Made by a program: the position numbers and the translations under genes. Below the pieces are notes generated by a model. That model did not search any database, was not told where the DNA came from, and was given only the letters and a program-made list of their open reading frames with translations. Positions 8,878 to 19,076 of a stretch of DNA of 64,000 bases are shown here, in pieces. Source of the DNA: Escherichia phage PNJ1902; the sequence record OK254197.1; one strand, written 5' to 3'. Position 1 is the first letter of the stretch, and each line of letters starts with the position of its first letter.

Positions 8878-11208
8878 ATGAGCCATCGCATTGAAAAAGT
8901 AATTAAACGTGACGGTACTGTAGAAGACTTTGCTCCCGAAAAAATCAATGGTTGGGCAGAGTATGGTTGCAAAACAGTTGATGTAAGTTGGTCAGCCATT
9001 ACTATGGCTGCTCAAAAAACTCTGCCTAAAGGGGTTGTAGATTCCGACACTCTGATGGATGCATTAATTAAAGCTGCTGAAAGTCTTATTAAAGATAATC
9101 CAGCATATGATGTGCCAGCAAAGGAATTACGTCTTGCGCAAATGCGTAAACGCCTTTATGATTCTTTCGAACCACCTTCTCTACGCTTCTTCCATGATCA
9201 CATGGTTAGCGTAGGTGCATGGGAAGACATGAGTGCATGGATTACCGATGAGCAATTTGAAGCTCTGAATCAAGTTATCGACCATGATCGTGATCGTCTT
9301 TTTACTAGTGGTGGACTGAAACAGTTCTTTGATAAGTATTCCCGTCGTAACATAGCCACTGGTGAAATTTATGAAACTCCGCAGTTTGCCTACATGGGTA
9401 TGGCAATGGCGATGTTATCTCAACCTAACTGGACAATTCTAGATGCAATCGACCTCTACAACGCAATGTCACTCCACAAAATCAACGTTCCTACGCCGCC
9501 ACTGGTTGGTCTGCGCTCTAGTGACCGTGGATTTGCTAGTTGCTGTCTCGTGGATTCCACTGACACGTTGGATTCAATCGACACCGCCGAGCACATCGTC
9601 TTCAAAATGGTCGCAGCCAGAGCGGGAATCGGGTATCATCTTGAAAGCCGATCAATTGCTGATCCGGTGCGAAATGGGGCATTCCCGCATTCCGGAAAAC
9701 TGCCATATTATCGACACATTGACCGCTCAGTAAAGGCCAATACTCAGCAAACTCGTGGTGGTTCTGCCACAGTGTCTTATCCGTACTTCGACCCTGAAAT
9801 CATTCAATTGATGCAGGTTAAGCAACAACGTGCTACAGATGAGAATAAAATCGATAAGATGGATTATTCTCTGAGCTTTAACAATCTTTTGTTAAAACGT
9901 TATCTTAAAAACGAAGATATTACGCTAATGTCATACTTCTATGCTCCAGAAGTTCATGAAGCGTTTTATAGTGATGACGAGGCTAAATTTGAAGAAATCT
10001 ACGTGGCAGCGGAGAAACGTGTGGCATCTCTTACAAAGATCGACCACGAAGGAAAAACAGTTCCTGCAGCTCCTAAAGTCTCTGCAAAAGAAATCCTAGA
10101 TACTTGGCTACGTATCCGAATGGAAACAGGACGTATGTATGCTCACCACATTGGGGAATCTAATCGTCACGGTAACTTCCTTGATCCGATCCGTATGACA
10201 AACCTTTGTGTTGAAATTACTCAGCCTACACGCCCGTTCCATCACATTACAGAGCTGTACAAGACAAAAGAGCAGCTTGATCAAATGAAGCCGGAGGATA
10301 TTGGTGAAGTATCTCTGTGTAACTTAGGTGGTGTTGTACTTGGACGCATGGAATCTCTGGCTGAGTGGGAAAAAACTTGCTACATCCTTCTGAAATTCGT
10401 TGATACAATTATTGAAATTCAGGATTATCCGTTCCCAACTATGGAATATACGGCTAAGAAACGTCGTAATGTTGGTATTGGCCTGATGAACGCAGCAGGT
10501 GCAATGGCAGCAGAAGGTCTGGCTTACGAAGGTATTGAAGCTCGTAACTGGATTCACCGTGAGGCTGAAAAACTGTCTTACTTCCTGCATAAAGCCTCTG
10601 TACGCCTAGCTAAAGAACAGGGTGCATGTGAGTGGTTTGATCGTACTAAACCATCTAAAGGAATCCTGGTAATCGACACGTACAAGAAAACTGTTGATGA
10701 ACTGGTATCCGTAGGTCTAGAAATGGATTGGGAGTCTCTGCGTGCAGATATTCTGAAATATGGTATGCGTAACTCTGTTCTGACTGCTCAGATGCCAGGA
10801 GAAAGTTCTTCTGTTCTGTTAGGTGTTACTAACTCTATCGAACCACCTCGTAAGATTGTATCTATCAAGGGTAGTGCAGTAAATAAAGTAATTGCAATTG
10901 CTCCAGGTGCAACCGATTGGGAAACGTTAATGAGCTATAAACTGGCTTATGATGTAGATCGTATCGAGTGGATCAAGTGGGTAGCAACTATGCAGAAATT
11001 CTTCAGTCAGTCTATCAGTACGAATATGTACTATGACTACACCAAGTTTGAGAATGAAATCATTCCTGGCCCAGTAGTAGTTCGTGATTTCATGACTGCT
11101 GTTAAGTATGGATGGAAAACTTGGTATTATGCTAACTTCAATACCGCAAATGGTGGAGGTGCTGGAGAAGAAGCAGCCGGTTGTGCATCCGGTGGTTGTA
11201 CTATTTAA
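8878..11208 (+). CDS. nrdA: Ribonucleoside-diphosphate reductase large subunit (class Ia)
   Basis: ATP-cone N-terminus (IKRDGTVEDF), NLCVEI active-site region, C-terminal Cys pair; start taken at ATG 8878 after AAAGGAAAG. Confidence 0.85.
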   Translation: MSHRIEKVIKRDGTVEDFAPEKINGWAEYGCKTVDVSWSAITMAAQKTLPKGVVDSDTLMDALIKAAESLIKDNPAYDVPAKELRLAQMRKRLYDSFEPPSLRFFHDHMVSVGAWEDMSAWITDEQFEALNQVIDHDRDRLFTSGGLKQFFDKYSRRNIATGEIYETPQFAYMGMAMAMLSQPNWTILDAIDLYNAMSLHKINVPTPPLVGLRSSDRGFASCCLVDSTDTLDSIDTAEHIVFKMVAARAGIGYHLESRSIADPVRNGAFPHSGKLPYYRHIDRSVKANTQQTRGGSATVSYPYFDPEIIQLMQVKQQRATDENKIDKMDYSLSFNNLLLKRYLKNEDITLMSYFYAPEVHEAFYSDDEAKFEEIYVAAEKRVASLTKIDHEGKTVPAAPKVSAKEILDTWLRIRMETGRMYAHHIGESNRHGNFLDPIRMTNLCVEITQPTRPFHHITELYKTKEQLDQMKPEDIGEVSLCNLGGVVLGRMESLAEWEKTCYILLKFVDTIIEIQDYPFPTMEYTAKKRRNVGIGLMNAAGAMAAEGLAYEGIEARNWIHREAEKLSYFLHKASVRLAKEQGACEWFDRTKPSKGILVIDTYKKTVDELVSVGLEMDWESLRADILKYGMRNSVLTAQMPGESSSVLLGVTNSIEPPRKIVSIKGSAVNKVIAIAPGATDWETLMSYKLAYDVDRIEWIKWVATMQKFFSQSISTNMYYDYTKFENEIIPGPVVVRDFMTAVKYGWKTWYYANFNTANGGGAGEEAAGCASGGCTI

Positions 11209-11212
11209 TAAA

Positions 11213-11240
11213 AACAAGGAGATCTTCGGGTCTCCTTTTT
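11213..11240 (+). terminator. Rho-independent terminator
   Basis: ggagatcttcgggtctcc + TTTTT. Confidence 0.55.
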
Positions 11241-11254
11241 CTTTGAAATTTTAC

Positions 11255-11283
11255 TTGCTAATCGCTACCAGATTTGCTATAAT
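11255..11283 (+). promoter_or_regulatory. sigma70-type promoter (TTGCTA-17-TATAAT) for nrdB
   Basis: Read from sequence. Confidence 0.55.
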
Positions 11284-11314
11284 ATTCCTGAAATAGTGAG
11301 AAAGAGGAAAATCA

Positions 11315-12460
11315 ATGACTACTTTACTAAACCTGAATTGGGATCATACTAACGCTGACCTTTTCCTGGGAGATTCTCTCGGTATCGCAGATTATGTACG
11401 TGTAGCACACCCAGAACTAGAACGTCTAGCACTTTTGCAACGCTCTCAATTTTGGACTGAAACTGAAATCAGTCTAGAAGCAGATAAGAAACAATGGCCT
11501 AATCTCCCACGTGAAATTCAGGAAATTACACTCCTGAACTTAGCATGGCAGACTCAAACTGATTCCTTTATCAGTCGTGCTCCTGAAGCAGCTATTATGC
11601 CGCTTGTAAGTCGTCCAGAATTGGAAGGTATGCTCAAACAGTGGAGCTATTTTGAAGACCTGCATAGTCGTGCTTATAGCAATATTATTCGTAATGTGCT
11701 AACTGATCCAGCAGAATTTATTGATTCTGTAACCAAAAACCAAGAAGCATTCGCACGCATCGCTGATTCTGTTGAACTATTCGATGAACTGTACCAGTTA
11801 GGTCAGTATTTCATCGCAGTACGCGATCATCGTGGTGACAATACATATCCAGAAACTGAGTTCCCTGAAGTTAAACGTGAAACTCAGGCTAAACTATTAG
11901 ACGCTTACTTTGCGATCTACGGTCTGGAAGCAATGCAGTTTTACGCATCCTTTGCATGTACCTTTGCATTAGCAGAAAACGATATTCTGCAAGGTATTGC
12001 TAAAAATCTGCAATTAATCGCTAAAGATGAAGCTCTGCACACTCAGATGTCCAAAGCAATCATCCAGATTATGTTTCAACAATTTGACAAAGATCTGGTA
12101 GAGGAAGCAGTGGCTAAAGCACCAGCACAGCTCCTGAAAACTCTGAAAACTGAAATTGAATGGGGTCATTTCATTTTCAAAGGTCGTAGTCTGATTGGCT
12201 TGAATGCAGAACTTCTAGAAGAATATCTGTACTTTGTGGGGCGTAATGCATTTATGCACATCGGTGTAGAATGGCCAAGTAACCTGCCGGTAATCACCAA
12301 GAACCCTATTCCATGGATCATGAACTGGTTGGATACCACTTCTTTACAGCCTGCTCCACAAGAAATCCAGATTGGTGCAGCATATCGTGTAGGTCAGGTA
12401 ACTGAGACCTCTACTGATACTCTGAAAGATCTGGGCAATGAATTTGGAGATTTCTTATGA
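11315..12460 (+). CDS. nrdB: Ribonucleoside-diphosphate reductase small subunit
   Basis: 381 aa directly downstream of nrdA; di-iron ligand-like E/H motifs. Confidence 0.8.
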   Translation: MTTLLNLNWDHTNADLFLGDSLGIADYVRVAHPELERLALLQRSQFWTETEISLEADKKQWPNLPREIQEITLLNLAWQTQTDSFISRAPEAAIMPLVSRPELEGMLKQWSYFEDLHSRAYSNIIRNVLTDPAEFIDSVTKNQEAFARIADSVELFDELYQLGQYFIAVRDHRGDNTYPETEFPEVKRETQAKLLDAYFAIYGLEAMQFYASFACTFALAENDILQGIAKNLQLIAKDEALHTQMSKAIIQIMFQQFDKDLVEEAVAKAPAQLLKTLKTEIEWGHFIFKGRSLIGLNAELLEEYLYFVGRNAFMHIGVEWPSNLPVITKNPIPWIMNWLDTTSLQPAPQEIQIGAAYRVGQVTETSTDTLKDLGNEFGDFL

Positions 12461-12990
12461 TAACGGCATTATATGCAGTTGGGCCGAATGGGGAGTTCGG
12501 CCTCCGAGGTAAACTCCCCTGGGGTTCCTTCAAAGAAGAACTAGATGCTTTCTACTCTCAACTGGACGTGTTGAACCCAGATAACATCATCATTGGTGCG
12601 GGCACTTATTTAGCACTTCCAGAAGTTGTTCGGCAACGTATGATTGGAGAATCTGACCTCTTTATTCGTGCGGATCGTCCTCTGCCTGATGATATTAAAC
12701 ATGGTATTTACACTCCAATTTCTAAGATTGGGGATACATTACCTACATTCTTAAAAGATCAACAGACAGTGGTTTTAGGTGGCGCAACATTATTGTACGA
12801 AATGTATATTCATGGACATATTGAAAGTGCTTTTGTATCCACAATCTTTAGTAATCAAAAACTAGAGGCAGATGTACATCTGGATAATACGATTCTAGAT
12901 TACAACTATGAATCTACTCGTTTAGTTTACGCAACTGGCGCAAACAGTGATAACAGCCTGCGATTTGTACAGGAATTGGTTACTTATTAA
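12457..12990 (+). CDS. frd: Dihydrofolate reductase
   Basis: 177 aa, N-terminal M.ITALYAV...G..G.LPW pattern; sits between nrdB and thyA; overlapping stop/start codons. Confidence 0.65.
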   Translation: MITALYAVGPNGEFGLRGKLPWGSFKEELDAFYSQLDVLNPDNIIIGAGTYLALPEVVRQRMIGESDLFIRADRPLPDDIKHGIYTPISKIGDTLPTFLKDQQTVVLGGATLLYEMYIHGHIESAFVSTIFSNQKLEADVHLDNTILDYNYESTRLVYATGANSDNSLRFVQELVTY

Positions 12991-13844
12991 TGGATCAGTA
13001 TATCGAAGTTGGAAAACGTATTCTATCAGAGGGTCAGTGGGTAACGAATCCTAGAACAGGGGTTCGTTGCCTAACTATTATTGACGCAGATTTTACTTTT
13101 AACGTAGGTGCAGGTGAATTCCCCCTTATTACTACCCGTAAGGCGTTTGCAAAACAAGCAATAATGGAAATGATTGGGTATCTACGTGGATATGACTCAG
13201 CAGCACAATTCCGCGCTATTGGTGTTAACACATGGAATGCTAATGCAAATGAAAACTTAGCTTGGCTAGACAATCCATACCGTAAAGGTGAGGATGATAT
13301 GGGGCGAGTCTATGGTGTTCAAGGACGTCAGTGGACTAATTCCGATGGTCTTATGTTTGACCAACTAGCCAAGATTTATCATAATCTGAAGAAGGGCATT
13401 GATGATCGTGGGGAAATTCTAACATTCTGGAATCCGGGAGAGTTCTCAAAGGGTTGCTTACGTCCATGTATGCACACTCATCAGTTCTCTATTTTGGGAG
13501 ATACATTATACCTGAACTCTTTCCAGAGATCTAATGACTTCCTGTTAGGCCAAGTATTTAACATGGTTCAGTGCTATACGCTTCTAGCATTAATGGCACA
13601 GATTACAGGCCTTAAACCAGGAATTGCACGCCAGAAGATTATCAATCTTCATATCTATGAGGATCAGTATAATGTTTTGATGGAGCATAAGCAATTCGAT
13701 CGTGAACCTTTTGCACATCCTACTCTAGAAATCAATCCAAATATCCGAACTCTGGAGGATGTATTGACCTGGGTAAGTAAGGATGATTTTACTGTCCGTG
13801 GTTACGAACACCACCCTGCTATTGCATATCCATTCACTGTGTAA
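12990..13844 (+). CDS. thyA: Thymidylate synthase
   Basis: 284 aa; RPCMHTHQF (catalytic Cys region) and S/Q-R-S-N-D-F-LG motif. Confidence 0.75.
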   Translation: MDQYIEVGKRILSEGQWVTNPRTGVRCLTIIDADFTFNVGAGEFPLITTRKAFAKQAIMEMIGYLRGYDSAAQFRAIGVNTWNANANENLAWLDNPYRKGEDDMGRVYGVQGRQWTNSDGLMFDQLAKIYHNLKKGIDDRGEILTFWNPGEFSKGCLRPCMHTHQFSILGDTLYLNSFQRSNDFLLGQVFNMVQCYTLLALMAQITGLKPGIARQKIINLHIYEDQYNVLMEHKQFDREPFAHPTLEINPNIRTLEDVLTWVSKDDFTVRGYEHHPAIAYPFTV

Positions 13845-13848
13845 TTTA

Positions 13849-13872
13849 AATAGCCCTTCGGGGCTATTATAT
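13849..13872 (+). terminator. Rho-independent terminator
   Basis: tagcccttcggggcta + T-rich. Confidence 0.55.
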
Positions 13873-13883
13873 TTAAATTTCAT

Positions 13884-13912
13884 TTGCTTATTTAGTGAAA
13901 TTTAAATATAAT
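13884..13912 (+). promoter_or_regulatory. sigma70-type early promoter (TTGCTT-17-TATAAT)
   Basis: Read from sequence. Confidence 0.55.
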
Positions 13913-13937
13913 ATATTTTATAAATTGGAGGCATATA

Positions 13938-14219
13938 ATGATCTCAGCCAAAGAAGCTCAAGAACTTGCAGGATTAACAGAAGTACCTGCATTTCTAAAG
14001 TTTATAGAAGAAAAGATCGTAGAAGCTGCTAAGTCTGGAAATACAGAAGTAATTATTCGAGATAATCCTTACGCTAGGTGGCTATATAATCCTAGAGAAA
14101 TGCCAGGAGCAGCTAAATCGGTACTAAAAACCTTATCGGATAAGGGGTATCATATCTCTCAATACTACCGAGAAGCTGCCTTTGTAGACATGGGTCTTAA
14201 AATTAGTTGGGAGGTATAA
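13938..14219 (+). CDS. Hypothetical protein
   Basis: ORF track; GGAGG RBS upstream. Confidence 0.5.
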   Translation: MISAKEAQELAGLTEVPAFLKFIEEKIVEAAKSGNTEVIIRDNPYARWLYNPREMPGAAKSVLKTLSDKGYHISQYYREAAFVDMGLKISWEV

Positions 14220-14695
14220 TGTCGGTTTTCCACATTTACACAGATGGTGCTTGTAAGTCTAACCCAGGTCCAGGTGCTTGGGGTTTTATTGTCTATAATG
14301 ATAACGACGATCGTTTAGGTTCTAAATCTGGTTATAATCCTAAAACTACAAATAATGAGATGGAACTCACAGCTATTGTAGAGGCTTTACGTTGGTCTGT
14401 TAAAAAAGATAATAGACCAATTGCTATCTATACTGACTCTGCTTATTGCAAAAATGGCATGGAAAGTTGGATGTTTTCTTGGCAAAGGAAAGGCTGGAAG
14501 AAAGCAGATGGTGAAGCTCCTCTTAATCTAGAACTTTGGCAGGAAGCATTTAAATTAACACAGCAGTATATCAACTTTCATAATACTAACCCTACCTTTA
14601 TTAAGGTTAAAGGACACTCTGGTATTAGTGGTAATGAAGCTGTAGATGCATTGTGTAATACAGTTATTACTGAAGCTGAAATGGCTGAGATGTAA
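14219..14695 (+). CDS. rnh: Ribonuclease H
   Basis: YTDGAC...TNNEMEL...YTDS...GHSG..GNE..D motifs (DEDD of RNase H); start moved to ATG 14219 after GGGAGG. Confidence 0.8.
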   Translation: MSVFHIYTDGACKSNPGPGAWGFIVYNDNDDRLGSKSGYNPKTTNNEMELTAIVEALRWSVKKDNRPIAIYTDSAYCKNGMESWMFSWQRKGWKKADGEAPLNLELWQEAFKLTQQYINFHNTNPTFIKVKGHSGISGNEAVDALCNTVITEAEMAEM

Positions 14696-14715
14696 TAAAT
14701 AAATTAAAAATTCAC

Positions 14716-14744
14716 TTGCTTAAAGCCCTCTAATTTAGTATAAT
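14716..14744 (+). promoter_or_regulatory. sigma70-type early promoter (TTGCTT-17-TATAAT)
   Basis: Read from sequence. Confidence 0.55.
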
Positions 14745-14771
14745 ATTCGTATTGAAAGTGAGGAGGGCTTT

Positions 14772-15056
14772 ATGCGGATTTATAACTCAAATTCATTAGG
14801 ATTTAAGCCATTGAGAAAACGTGCACAATCACCTCGTCAAATAAGAAAGGCTAATATTGGTGAGCCAGAAACACGTCTTCCACCTCCTCCAGAGCAACGT
14901 TTAGTTTATCTGGACGAAGAGTTAGCTGAACGCGAAAGAAAAGCTCAAGAAGAGATTGAGCGTAAGAAAATGTGTACTGCTCCAGCCTACTCCAAAGGAG
15001 CTTATCAGTATATCTATACAGCCGAGGAGGCTAAAGATGCGGGGCGTAAAAAATGA
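14772..15056 (+). CDS. Hypothetical protein
   Basis: ORF track; GAGGAGGG RBS. Confidence 0.5.
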   Translation: MRIYNSNSLGFKPLRKRAQSPRQIRKANIGEPETRLPPPPEQRLVYLDEELAERERKAQEEIERKKMCTAPAYSKGAYQYIYTAEEAKDAGRKK

Positions 15057-15502
15057 AGATTACCGAATTTAAAGGTACTTATAGTTTCTTATCTAACTTT
15101 TATTTATCACCAATTACTTTCGAATACCTAAACGAGATATGGCATGCTGATACTGTAGAACATGCTTTTCAGGCTATGAAATCCGACCAAAAAGATGATG
15201 TAGCTCATGTACTGCGCTCCCTAAATGCAGGAGTTGCCAAACGTAGAGGACGTAAATTAACTCTACGCTCTGACTGGGATAAGGTAAAAGATGATGTAAT
15301 GCTAGAGCTTTTACGGTTAAAGTTTGCAATCCCTGATTTGAGAGACAAACTGTTAGCAACAAAAAATGCAACTTTGATCGAAGGAAATACCTGGGGAGAT
15401 ACATATTGGGGTGTTTGCCGAGGCATCGGGGATAATACTCTAGGTGTTCTTTTGATGCAGGTAAGGTCTGAAATTAAAAGAAGCTTACAGTTAATAAATT
15501 AA
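15053..15502 (+). CDS. NADAR-domain (YbiA-like) protein, putative
   Basis: SNFY...EHAFQAMK...NTWGDTYWGV pattern resembles the NADAR/YbiA family. Confidence 0.4.
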   Translation: MKITEFKGTYSFLSNFYLSPITFEYLNEIWHADTVEHAFQAMKSDQKDDVAHVLRSLNAGVAKRRGRKLTLRSDWDKVKDDVMLELLRLKFAIPDLRDKLLATKNATLIEGNTWGDTYWGVCRGIGDNTLGVLLMQVRSEIKRSLQLIN

Positions 15503-15510
15503 AAATTCAT

Positions 15511-15539
15511 TTGCTAAATGCTTCAAATTCTCGTATAAT
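15511..15539 (+). promoter_or_regulatory. sigma70-type early promoter (TTGCTA-17-TATAAT) with A-rich upstream element
   Basis: aaaaattcatttgcta...tataat. Confidence 0.6.
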
Positions 15540-15577
15540 ATACTTCATAAATTGATAAACAAAAAGGAAAACAAATA

Positions 15578-16093
15578 ATGGCTAAGCAGAAAAACGCAAA
15601 AACTCAAGCAGCTCCGGCAGTTAAAACTTTCCCGCAGACCGAGGCTAATCGCAAAGCTCGCCTGGAACGTCACCTGCGTAAGCATCCTACCGATACCCAG
15701 GCTGCGCAAGCACTGAATAATCCGGCTCCGATTCGTCAGAAGCCTAAAGCTAAAAATGCCACCCGTAAATCCTACAAAATGGTTATGTATGTAGAAAATT
15801 ACGGCCACAAATCTGTCCCAGTTTCCCTGAGCTTTAACGCTGGGGCTGAATTGTTCTCTCGTAATGGTATGTCTATGAAAGACTATGAGAAGGCAGTTAA
15901 CCAGAAGCGTAAACCAACAGCAGATGTATTGCGCGATACTCGTGGACAGTTTGGTTCTGTTAAGCCAAATATCTTTGGCGTAGAGTATAGTAAAGATAAT
16001 GTTCGTGCTCTGTGTTACGGTGTAGGCATTAAGTTCACGGGTGATTCTGCTTGTAAATCTGCTAAACCAGCTCGTAAGCGTAAAGCGAAGTAA
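15578..16093 (+). CDS. Hypothetical basic protein
   Basis: ORF track; strong RBS AAGGAAAACAAATAATG. Confidence 0.55.
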   Translation: MAKQKNAKTQAAPAVKTFPQTEANRKARLERHLRKHPTDTQAAQALNNPAPIRQKPKAKNATRKSYKMVMYVENYGHKSVPVSLSFNAGAELFSRNGMSMKDYEKAVNQKRKPTADVLRDTRGQFGSVKPNIFGVEYSKDNVRALCYGVGIKFTGDSACKSAKPARKRKAK

Positions 16094-16102
16094 TAGATAA
16101 AT

Positions 16103-16120
16103 AGGGGCGAAAGCCCCTAC
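16103..16120 (+). terminator. Terminator-like hairpin
   Basis: aggggcgaaagcccct. Confidence 0.4.
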
Positions 16121-16157
16121 AATCGATTAATTCTCTAACTAATCAAGGATATTTTTT

Positions 16158-16373
16158 ATGTTCTCTAAGAAACCACGTTCTGTTACTGAAATTGTTGCTT
16201 CCTTTACCACTATCACTGATGAGCTTCAAGCTCGTATTGAGGCTGATCAAAAAATCGCAGCTGATATTCAGAAACAGCAGGAAGAACTCGCTTTAAAGTT
16301 GGCTGAAACTAACAAGAGTGAAAAATCTGCCCAAACTATTATGGAAAATATCCTTAAACTGCTGGGCAAGTGA
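16158..16373 (+). CDS. Hypothetical small protein
   Basis: ORF track. Confidence 0.45.
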   Translation: MFSKKPRSVTEIVASFTTITDELQARIEADQKIAADIQKQQEELALKLAETNKSEKSAQTIMENILKLLGK

Positions 16374-16380
16374 TTTAAAT

Positions 16381-16400
16381 CAGGGGGCAAAAGCCCCTCT
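16381..16400 (+). terminator. Terminator-like hairpin
   Basis: agggggcaaaagcccct + T-rich. Confidence 0.4.
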
Positions 16401-16414
16401 TATTTGGAGAAACT

Positions 16415-16636
16415 ATGCGTAATTTTGTAGCAAAGAATGATTTTAACCGTGCTAGCACCCATAAGTCAGCTAGGGATTATACACGACTTTCTAGTCATGA
16501 GGTAATGGATTTAGCAGTGGATGAGTTAGACTTAGATGACCCCTATATGGAAGAGAACTGGGATGTCAGTGAGGATATGCTTCCTGGTTTTAAAGACCCC
16601 AAGAAGTGGGAGTCTATTAAAGAGACAGCTCTTTAA
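16415..16636 (+). CDS. Hypothetical small protein
   Basis: ORF track. Confidence 0.45.
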   Translation: MRNFVAKNDFNRASTHKSARDYTRLSSHEVMDLAVDELDLDDPYMEENWDVSEDMLPGFKDPKKWESIKETAL

Positions 16637-16664
16637 TAGTTTTCTACACAATAAAGGATAAGTT

Positions 16665-17366
16665 ATGAAAGTAAAACCATTTGGTATGCTAGATATTGAA
16701 TCTCTAGGAACTCCAGGAGATTGTGGTACTACTCATATCGCAATGCCTTCTTTCGCTTTTGTGGCTATGCATGGAATTGATAAAGACCCTGATCTAGTAT
16801 TTGTTACTTTGGATGTGCAAGATCAACTTAATTCTGGTGCCAAAGTTACAGCATCTACTCTAGCATTCTGGATGGATCAAGCTAAAAATAGTCCGTCTGC
16901 TATCCACATTATGGAAGCTATGAAGGAACGTAATCCAAAACTGATTGCCTTCCAAAATGGTAAACATCATTGCACTAATAAATTAGGCTCAAACTATGCT
17001 GCCTTCTCTATGGCTCAAAATATTATGGAGTTGGCTCTAGGCGAAAATGCTTTGTATTATGGCAATGGCCCAGAGTTTGATATGACTATCTACTCTGCAA
17101 ATACGTTCCATGCTGGAACCAATGAAGAGGTAGTTCCGTGGAAATTCTGGAATTTGGGCAATGTTCGATCTCTTCGTAATCTCTGGATGCAAGCTGGATA
17201 CAGTTATAAAGCTCTAGAGACCGAAGGTATTAGCTGGGCAATAGCTAAAATGGAGAAGATGGACACTATTCGTTATGGGATCTATCCGGTTAAGCACGAC
17301 CCAGCATTCGATGCCTTAGTTGAGAGCTATTGTGTTGCAGCTATGATCGAAAAAATGAAAATTTGA
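16665..17366 (+). CDS. DnaQ-like (DEDDh) 3'-5' exonuclease, putative
   Basis: MLDIESLG (Exo I D-x-E), ...EFD... and HDPAFDAL (Exo III H...D) motifs. Confidence 0.45.
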   Translation: MKVKPFGMLDIESLGTPGDCGTTHIAMPSFAFVAMHGIDKDPDLVFVTLDVQDQLNSGAKVTASTLAFWMDQAKNSPSAIHIMEAMKERNPKLIAFQNGKHHCTNKLGSNYAAFSMAQNIMELALGENALYYGNGPEFDMTIYSANTFHAGTNEEVVPWKFWNLGNVRSLRNLWMQAGYSYKALETEGISWAIAKMEKMDTIRYGIYPVKHDPAFDALVESYCVAAMIEKMKI

Positions 17367-17367
17367 T

Positions 17368-17396
17368 TTGCTTCCGGCTCCAAAATTCTGTATAAT
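17368..17396 (+). promoter_or_regulatory. sigma70-type early promoter (TTGCTT-17-TATAAT)
   Basis: Read from sequence. Confidence 0.55.
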
Positions 17397-17436
17397 ATAT
17401 TCATAAATTTGAGAAAACAATAAAAGGAAAACAAAT

Positions 17437-17619
17437 ATGCCAGTATCTAAAAATGTTCGTAAAAATGGTAAGAAAGCTACTCGTGATCTGGGTATCCGTC
17501 GTATGGCTGAACGTCAATCAGGTATCCAGAAAATCTTTAATCTACTAAATCGTGCTAATCCTAAAATTGATAACAGTAACGATACTGTTCTGCGCACTCT
17601 GCTGGCAATTGGTCTGTAA
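17437..17619 (+). CDS. Hypothetical small basic protein
   Basis: ORF track; AAGGAAAACAAATATG RBS. Confidence 0.5.
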   Translation: MPVSKNVRKNGKKATRDLGIRRMAERQSGIQKIFNLLNRANPKIDNSNDTVLRTLLAIGL

Positions 17620-17672
17620 TAGACCAAATTTAAACAAATTCAAATCTCAAACTTCATATAAGGAAGCAAATA

Positions 17673-18311
17673 ATGACTACTCGTATTTCTAAAACTCGTG
17701 CTCTGGCAACTATCAAATCTCTGGAAGCTAAAATCCGTAAAGCTACTGAACAGCAGCTTCTGATCGCTGTTGGTGAAGGTAAGGATAAAAACCAGGTTGT
17801 AGTTGGCGCTGCAATCGAAGTAGCCGATCTGTCTACTCGTATTAAGACTGATTTCCAGTCTCTGCTGGATATGATGTCTAAGCGTGATAGTATCAAATCT
17901 GCTCTGATTAAGAGCAATGCAGAAACAATCGTTGAGATTGGTTCTCGTAAGATGACTGTTGCGGAAGCAATTGAAGCTAAGCGTTCTATGGAGCTTAAAG
18001 CTCAGCTGCTGGCTAACATGCGTAAGCAGTTCCATGCCGCTACGGTTAAGTTTAATACGCAGAAAGCACAGTTTGACGCTAAATATGAGCGTTTGCAGGA
18101 TAGCATGGCTACCCGCGATAAGAAAACTTCCGAAGATGAAGTTAAAATGCAGCTCAACCTGCTGGAACTCAAGAATACTCCATTCTTGATTGATCCGCTG
18201 GAACTGGAGAAGCTGATTAAGCAGCATGACGAGGAATACCAGGACTTTGCAACAAATGTTGACTTTGTTCTGTCCGAGTCTAACGCCTCTACCTTCATTG
18301 AAGTAGAGTAA
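17673..18311 (+). CDS. Hypothetical coiled-coil protein
   Basis: ORF track; AAGGAAGCAAATAATG RBS; opposite-strand ORFs look like low-complexity artefacts. Confidence 0.55.
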   Translation: MTTRISKTRALATIKSLEAKIRKATEQQLLIAVGEGKDKNQVVVGAAIEVADLSTRIKTDFQSLLDMMSKRDSIKSALIKSNAETIVEIGSRKMTVAEAIEAKRSMELKAQLLANMRKQFHAATVKFNTQKAQFDAKYERLQDSMATRDKKTSEDEVKMQLNLLELKNTPFLIDPLELEKLIKQHDEEYQDFATNVDFVLSESNASTFIEVE

Positions 18312-18694
18312 TAATTTAAAAGCTAGTAAATCGGTAGACGAAAGCCTAAGCATCTTACCTCGCAGCAGCGGTTGAAATACGAGGTTAAATAAGACCGCTG
18401 ACCATACTATAAAGTATAATCTATTGGAGATTATGTTTATTACACCAGCCTTTTAAGCTGACACGTAAGAACAAAGCGTCGTTGATATTACCGACACAAC
18501 TTCAAAGATCAACATTTAAGTATGAAAGCTGAAAAGTTTAAAGAACTCAAACTTCTAAACTTCTAAAGCTAAAAGATGCAAAGTATTCGTTGATGATTCA
18601 AACCCTAGATCAAAGGTACATGGCTCATAAGATATGGCCTGTGGCGCCTCTAGGCTGTTTATCGGTTTACTAGTTTCACAATTTAAAAATGTAT

Positions 18695-18723
18695 TTGCTA
18701 ATCTACTAAATTATATGTATAAT
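18695..18723 (+). promoter_or_regulatory. sigma70-type early promoter (TTGCTA-17-TATAAT)
   Basis: Read from sequence. Confidence 0.55.
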
Positions 18724-18753
18724 ATATTTTTAAATTGATGAAACGAGGCTATT

Positions 18754-19071
18754 ATGACTTTTCATATTTTGATTGATGATGTGCGTAATCTTCACGGAAT
18801 GGACATTATCATTCGAACCCCAGAAGCCGCTGTAGAGTTTCTGAATAAAACTGATACCACAGGCCATTTTGTTTATATGGATAATGACTTGGCTGTAGAT
18901 GGTATGGAAGGTTATCAAATTCTTCGTTTACTCTTAGAATTTGGGCAGAGACCAAAGAAAGTGGTACTAGTAACCTCGAACCCAGTAGCTAAGCAAAATA
19001 TGCGTAATGATTTGCTTGACTTAGGGTATAAAGAAAATCCCAATCGTGTTGAATATGATTGGCAGGAGTAA
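18754..19071 (+). CDS. Hypothetical protein
   Basis: ORF track. Confidence 0.5.
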   Translation: MTFHILIDDVRNLHGMDIIIRTPEAAVEFLNKTDTTGHFVYMDNDLAVDGMEGYQILRLLLEFGQRPKKVVLVTSNPVAKQNMRNDLLDLGYKENPNRVEYDWQE

Positions 19072-19076
19072 AAAGA

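Noticed and set aside
17640-18353. 237-aa minus-strand ORF overlapping the plus-strand 17673..18311 gene
   Set aside because: Leu/Ser-rich low-complexity translation, no RBS, and it lies antisense to a promoter-driven plus-strand gene with a good RBS; treated as a frame artefact, as are the other antisense track ORFs inside plus-strand genes (for example 10324..10590, 13034..13273, 15174..15404, 21614..22072, 38236..38478, 42634..42993)
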